Assembly (NCBI GenBank): GCA_035576905.1
Contig: DATLWA010000034.1
Coordinates: 1 to 41,546 of the forward strand
From: Gemmatimonadales bacterium
GTDB lineage: Bacteria > Gemmatimonadota > Gemmatimonadetes > Gemmatimonadales > GWC2-71-9
DNA length: 41,546 nt
Reading direction: 5' to 3'
The translations under genes were made by a program, and so were the position numbers. This document shows, piece after piece, positions 39,468 to 41,546 of this stretch; the stretch's first letter is position 1, and every line of letters begins with the position of its first letter. The notes under the pieces were generated by a model. That model did not search any database. It saw only the letters and a program-made list of their open reading frames with translations, and was not told where the DNA came from.

Positions 39468-40760
39468 TTACGACGTGTAGTCGGCGTTGATCCGGACGTA
39501 CTCCGGAGTCAGATCGCACGTCCACACCACCGCCTCCGCCCGGCCGATTCCTAGGTCCAGGCGGAGGCGGATGGTTTTCTGGGCAAAGATGGCGCGAGCG
39601 TGCGTCAGGTCGGGATGCGCGGTGGCGCCGCCCGCGGCGAGCATGAGCCAATCGCCGTCGGCGGCGGCCGCTTCGAGCTGCAGGCGGTCCACGGGCAGCG
39701 GGACGCCGGCGGCGCCGGCGGCGGCGAGGATGCGCCCCCAGTTGGGGTCCGCGCCGTAGATCGCGGTCTTCACCAGCGCCGAGCGCGCGATCGCCCGGCC
39801 CACCTCGCGCGCCGCCGTCTCGGTGGGTGCATTGATCACGTGAATCTCGAGCAGCTTGGTGGCGCCCTCGCCGTCCTGGACGATCGCGAGCGCCAGCGTC
39901 CGCGCCACCACCTGTACCGCCTCCTCGAACGCCTTCCACATCGCGCCGTCGCGCGAGGGGTCGATGCCCGACGCCCCGTTGGCGAGCAGCAGGACCGTGT
40001 CGTTGGTGCTGGTGTCGCCGTCCACCGAGATGGCGTTGAAGCTGCGATCGGCCACCCGCTTGAGCAGCGGCGCGAGATTGGCGGCGTCGCAGGCGGCGTC
40101 CGTCGTGAGCACGGCGAGCAGGGTCGCCATGTCGGGGTGGATCATCCCGGCGCCCTTGGCGATGCCGCCGATGGTGATCGGCCCGCCCGGCGTGTCGAGC
40201 CGGACCGCGCAGTGCTTGGGGCGCGTGTCGGTGGTCATGATCGCGCGCGCCGCGGCGAGTCCGCCGTCGGGGGCGAGGTGCGCCGCCGCCACGCGCAGGC
40301 CCGCGGCCACCTGGTCCAGCGGCAGCGGGACGCCGATCACGCCGGTCGACAGCACCAGGGCCGTGCGCGGCGGCAGGCCCGCCGCTTGCTCCGCCGCCTG
40401 GGCCATGGCGCGCGCCGCGGCGAGGCCGTCGGAGCCGGTGCACGCATTGGCCACCCGGGCGTTCATCGCCACCGCGCGCACGCGGCCCGGCCGCTCCGAC
40501 AGCAGATCCTGATCGTAGAGCACGGGTGCCGCGCGCATGGCGTTCTTTGTGAAGACCCCGGCGGTGGCACAGGAGGTGGCGGAGACGAGCAGGGCGACGT
40601 CGAGCGCGCCGCCCGACTTCAAACCGGCGGCGGCGGCCGCCGCCGTGAATCCCTGCGGCGTCGTCGCCGAGCCGTCGGGCAGCTCCTGCACGTTGGCGGT
40701 CACGTCCGCCAAAATAGCGGCGGCGGGTCGCTTGTGTAACGCCCCGGGTTTTCTTATCAT
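39468..40760 (-). CDS. argJ: Bifunctional glutamate N-acetyltransferase / amino-acid acetyltransferase
   Basis: GFTAAAAAAGLK lies near the N-terminus. The autoprocessing site is in GMIHPDMATLLAVLTTDA. SVDGDTSTNDTV is present, and the protein ends in the characteristic YVRINADYTS. The start is taken as ATG 40760 and could be slightly downstream. Confidence 0.9.
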   Translation of the reverse strand: MIRKPGALHKRPAAAILADVTANVQELPDGSATTPQGFTAAAAAAGLKSGGALDVALLVSATSCATAGVFTKNAMRAAPVLYDQDLLSERPGRVRAVAMNARVANACTGSDGLAAARAMAQAAEQAAGLPPRTALVLSTGVIGVPLPLDQVAAGLRVAAAHLAPDGGLAAARAIMTTDTRPKHCAVRLDTPGGPITIGGIAKGAGMIHPDMATLLAVLTTDAACDAANLAPLLKRVADRSFNAISVDGDTSTNDTVLLLANGASGIDPSRDGAMWKAFEEAVQVVARTLALAIVQDGEGATKLLEIHVINAPTETAAREVGRAIARSALVKTAIYGADPNWGRILAAAGAAGVPLPVDRLQLEAAAADGDWLMLAAGGATAHPDLTHARAIFAQKTIRLRLDLGIGRAEAVVWTCDLTPEYVRINADYTS

Positions 40761-40789
40761 AGCGCAACCTTCCCGGAGGGTCCCGTTCG

Positions 40790-41546
40790 ATGTCGGACCG
40801 TTTCTTGAGCTCCGACGAATACGACGAACGCGCGCACCAGCTCTACAACGAAGGACAATACGACGAGGCCATCGAGACGCTCCGTGAGGGGCTCGGCCTC
40901 TACCCCAATGCGGTGGAGCTCCACGTCGGCATGGGGTACGCGCGGGTCGCGCGGGAGGAGTACGCCTGGGCACGGCGCGCCTTCGAAGAGGCCCTGGCGT
41001 TGGACCCCGACCACGAAGACACCCTCGCCGGCCTGGGCGAAGTGCTGCTCAAGTTCGGCGACAAGCGCGGCGCCGTCGGTGCGTTCGACCGCATTCTGGC
41101 CCTCGGTTTCCGCGACGATCACGATCTGATGCTGCAGGTGGGGCGCGCCCTGTTCCGCGACGGCGTGCTCGACCACGCCCGCCGCTTCTTCGAGATCGCC
41201 CTCAGCGCCCATCCCGACTCCACCGAGGCCTCGGCCTGCGTCGGTTACGCCGCCCATCGCCTCGGCGACGAAGCCACGGCGCTGCACTGGCTGCGGCGCG
41301 CGCTGGAGCTCGACGCGCAGCACGGGGAAGCGCGCATCTACCTCGCCAACCTGTTATACGACCGCGGCGAGTACGAGGCGGCGCTGTTCCACCTCGAGCG
41401 CACCGAGCCGGACGATCACTTCGACACGCTGGCGATCTGGCGCCTCGTGGAGCTGAAGCGCAGCGTCTACCGCCTGCCCGAGACCGATCCCGAGCTGGTG
41501 CCGTGGCACGAGCGCCTGGGCGAGCTGACCGGCGAAGCCGAGCCGG
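40790..41546 (+). CDS. TPR-repeat protein; the 3' end lies outside the window
   Basis: ATG at 40790 follows GGAGGG (40775-40780). The frame stays open to the window edge and is not in the ORF track. Repeated 34-aa TPR-like units are present (YNEGQYDEAIETLREGLGLYPN, GYARVAREEYAWARRAFEEALALDPD, GEVLLKFGDKRGAVGAFDRIL, GYAAHRLGDEATALHWLRRALELDAQ, LANLLYDRGEYEAALFHLE). Confidence 0.75.
   Translation, partial: MSDRFLSSDEYDERAHQLYNEGQYDEAIETLREGLGLYPNAVELHVGMGYARVAREEYAWARRAFEEALALDPDHEDTLAGLGEVLLKFGDKRGAVGAFDRILALGFRDDHDLMLQVGRALFRDGVLDHARRFFEIALSAHPDSTEASACVGYAAHRLGDEATALHWLRRALELDAQHGEARIYLANLLYDRGEYEAALFHLERTEPDDHFDTLAIWRLVELKRSVYRLPETDPELVPWHERLGELTGEAEP

Noticed and set aside
365-41323. Many long ORFs in the six-frame track lie antisense to, or out of frame with, the called genes. 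Examples are 7441-9105 (554 aa), 16832-18418, 17235-18737, 21192-22790, 21293-23170 (625 aa), 23437-25032, 25987-28110 (707 aa), 32594-34231 (545 aa), 35443-37257 (604 aa), 39220-40767 (515 aa) and 40757-41323.
   Set aside because: Their translations are Arg/Ala/Gly/Pro-dominated low-complexity strings with no recognisable motifs. This is typical of shadow ORFs in very GC-rich DNA, where stop codons are rare in all frames. In every case another frame or strand carries a protein with clear family motifs and GC3-biased codon usage.
1-41546. A search for tRNA or rRNA genes, CRISPR repeat arrays, IS elements, integrases, prophage genes, toxin-antitoxin pairs and known defence modules (restriction-modification, Abi, CBASS, retrons and similar).
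   Set aside because: The intergenic spacers are all 166 nt or shorter and show no cloverleaf-like or regularly spaced repeat structure. No ORF has nuclease, ATPase, methyltransferase, transposase or recombinase motifs. Composition looks uniform across the window, with no obvious island boundary.

Overview
This is a 41.5-kb, very GC-rich segment with strong G/C third-position bias. It looks like ordinary chromosome and is tightly packed: I call 41 complete and 2 edge-truncated protein genes on both strands, with tiny spacers and many overlapping stop codons. I see no rRNA or tRNA genes, CRISPR arrays, transposases, integrases, phage genes or recognisable defence genes. All function calls rest on motifs I recognise in the supplied translations, because no database search was possible.

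Confident housekeeping calls are dinB, pruA, argJ, a NagB-LmbE fusion, an OmpR-type response regulator with its histidine kinase, an ECF sigma factor, two M28 peptidases, an OFA-family MFS transporter and a BNR/Asp-box (sortilin-like) protein. About half the proteins carry signal peptides or lipoboxes. Together with the gene content, this suggests a Gemmatimonadota-like or other FCB-group bacterium, but that is inference only.

The observations most worth follow-up are:
1. A six-gene collinear minus-strand operon (13005-19609). It links two uncharacterised histidine-motif envelope proteins and a periplasmic MBL-fold hydrolase to a dedicated two-component system and a LolA-like protein.
2. A compact sulfur module (6538-8972): a TauE/SafE exporter, a TsdA-like diheme cytochrome c and a Tat-exported DsrE-like protein.
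3. Eleven of twelve predicted signal-peptidase-I substrates place Gln at +1, which resembles the Bacteroidetes Q-rule.
4. A lipoprotein that fuses three Ig-like repeats to a type-1 copper (cupredoxin) domain.
5. An ECF sigma operon whose anti-sigma factor carries a CBM48-like (AMPK-beta glycogen-binding-like) sensor domain.
6. Near-universal overlap or abutment of convergent gene ends.

I found nothing that I can defend as a defence, toxin or mobile system.
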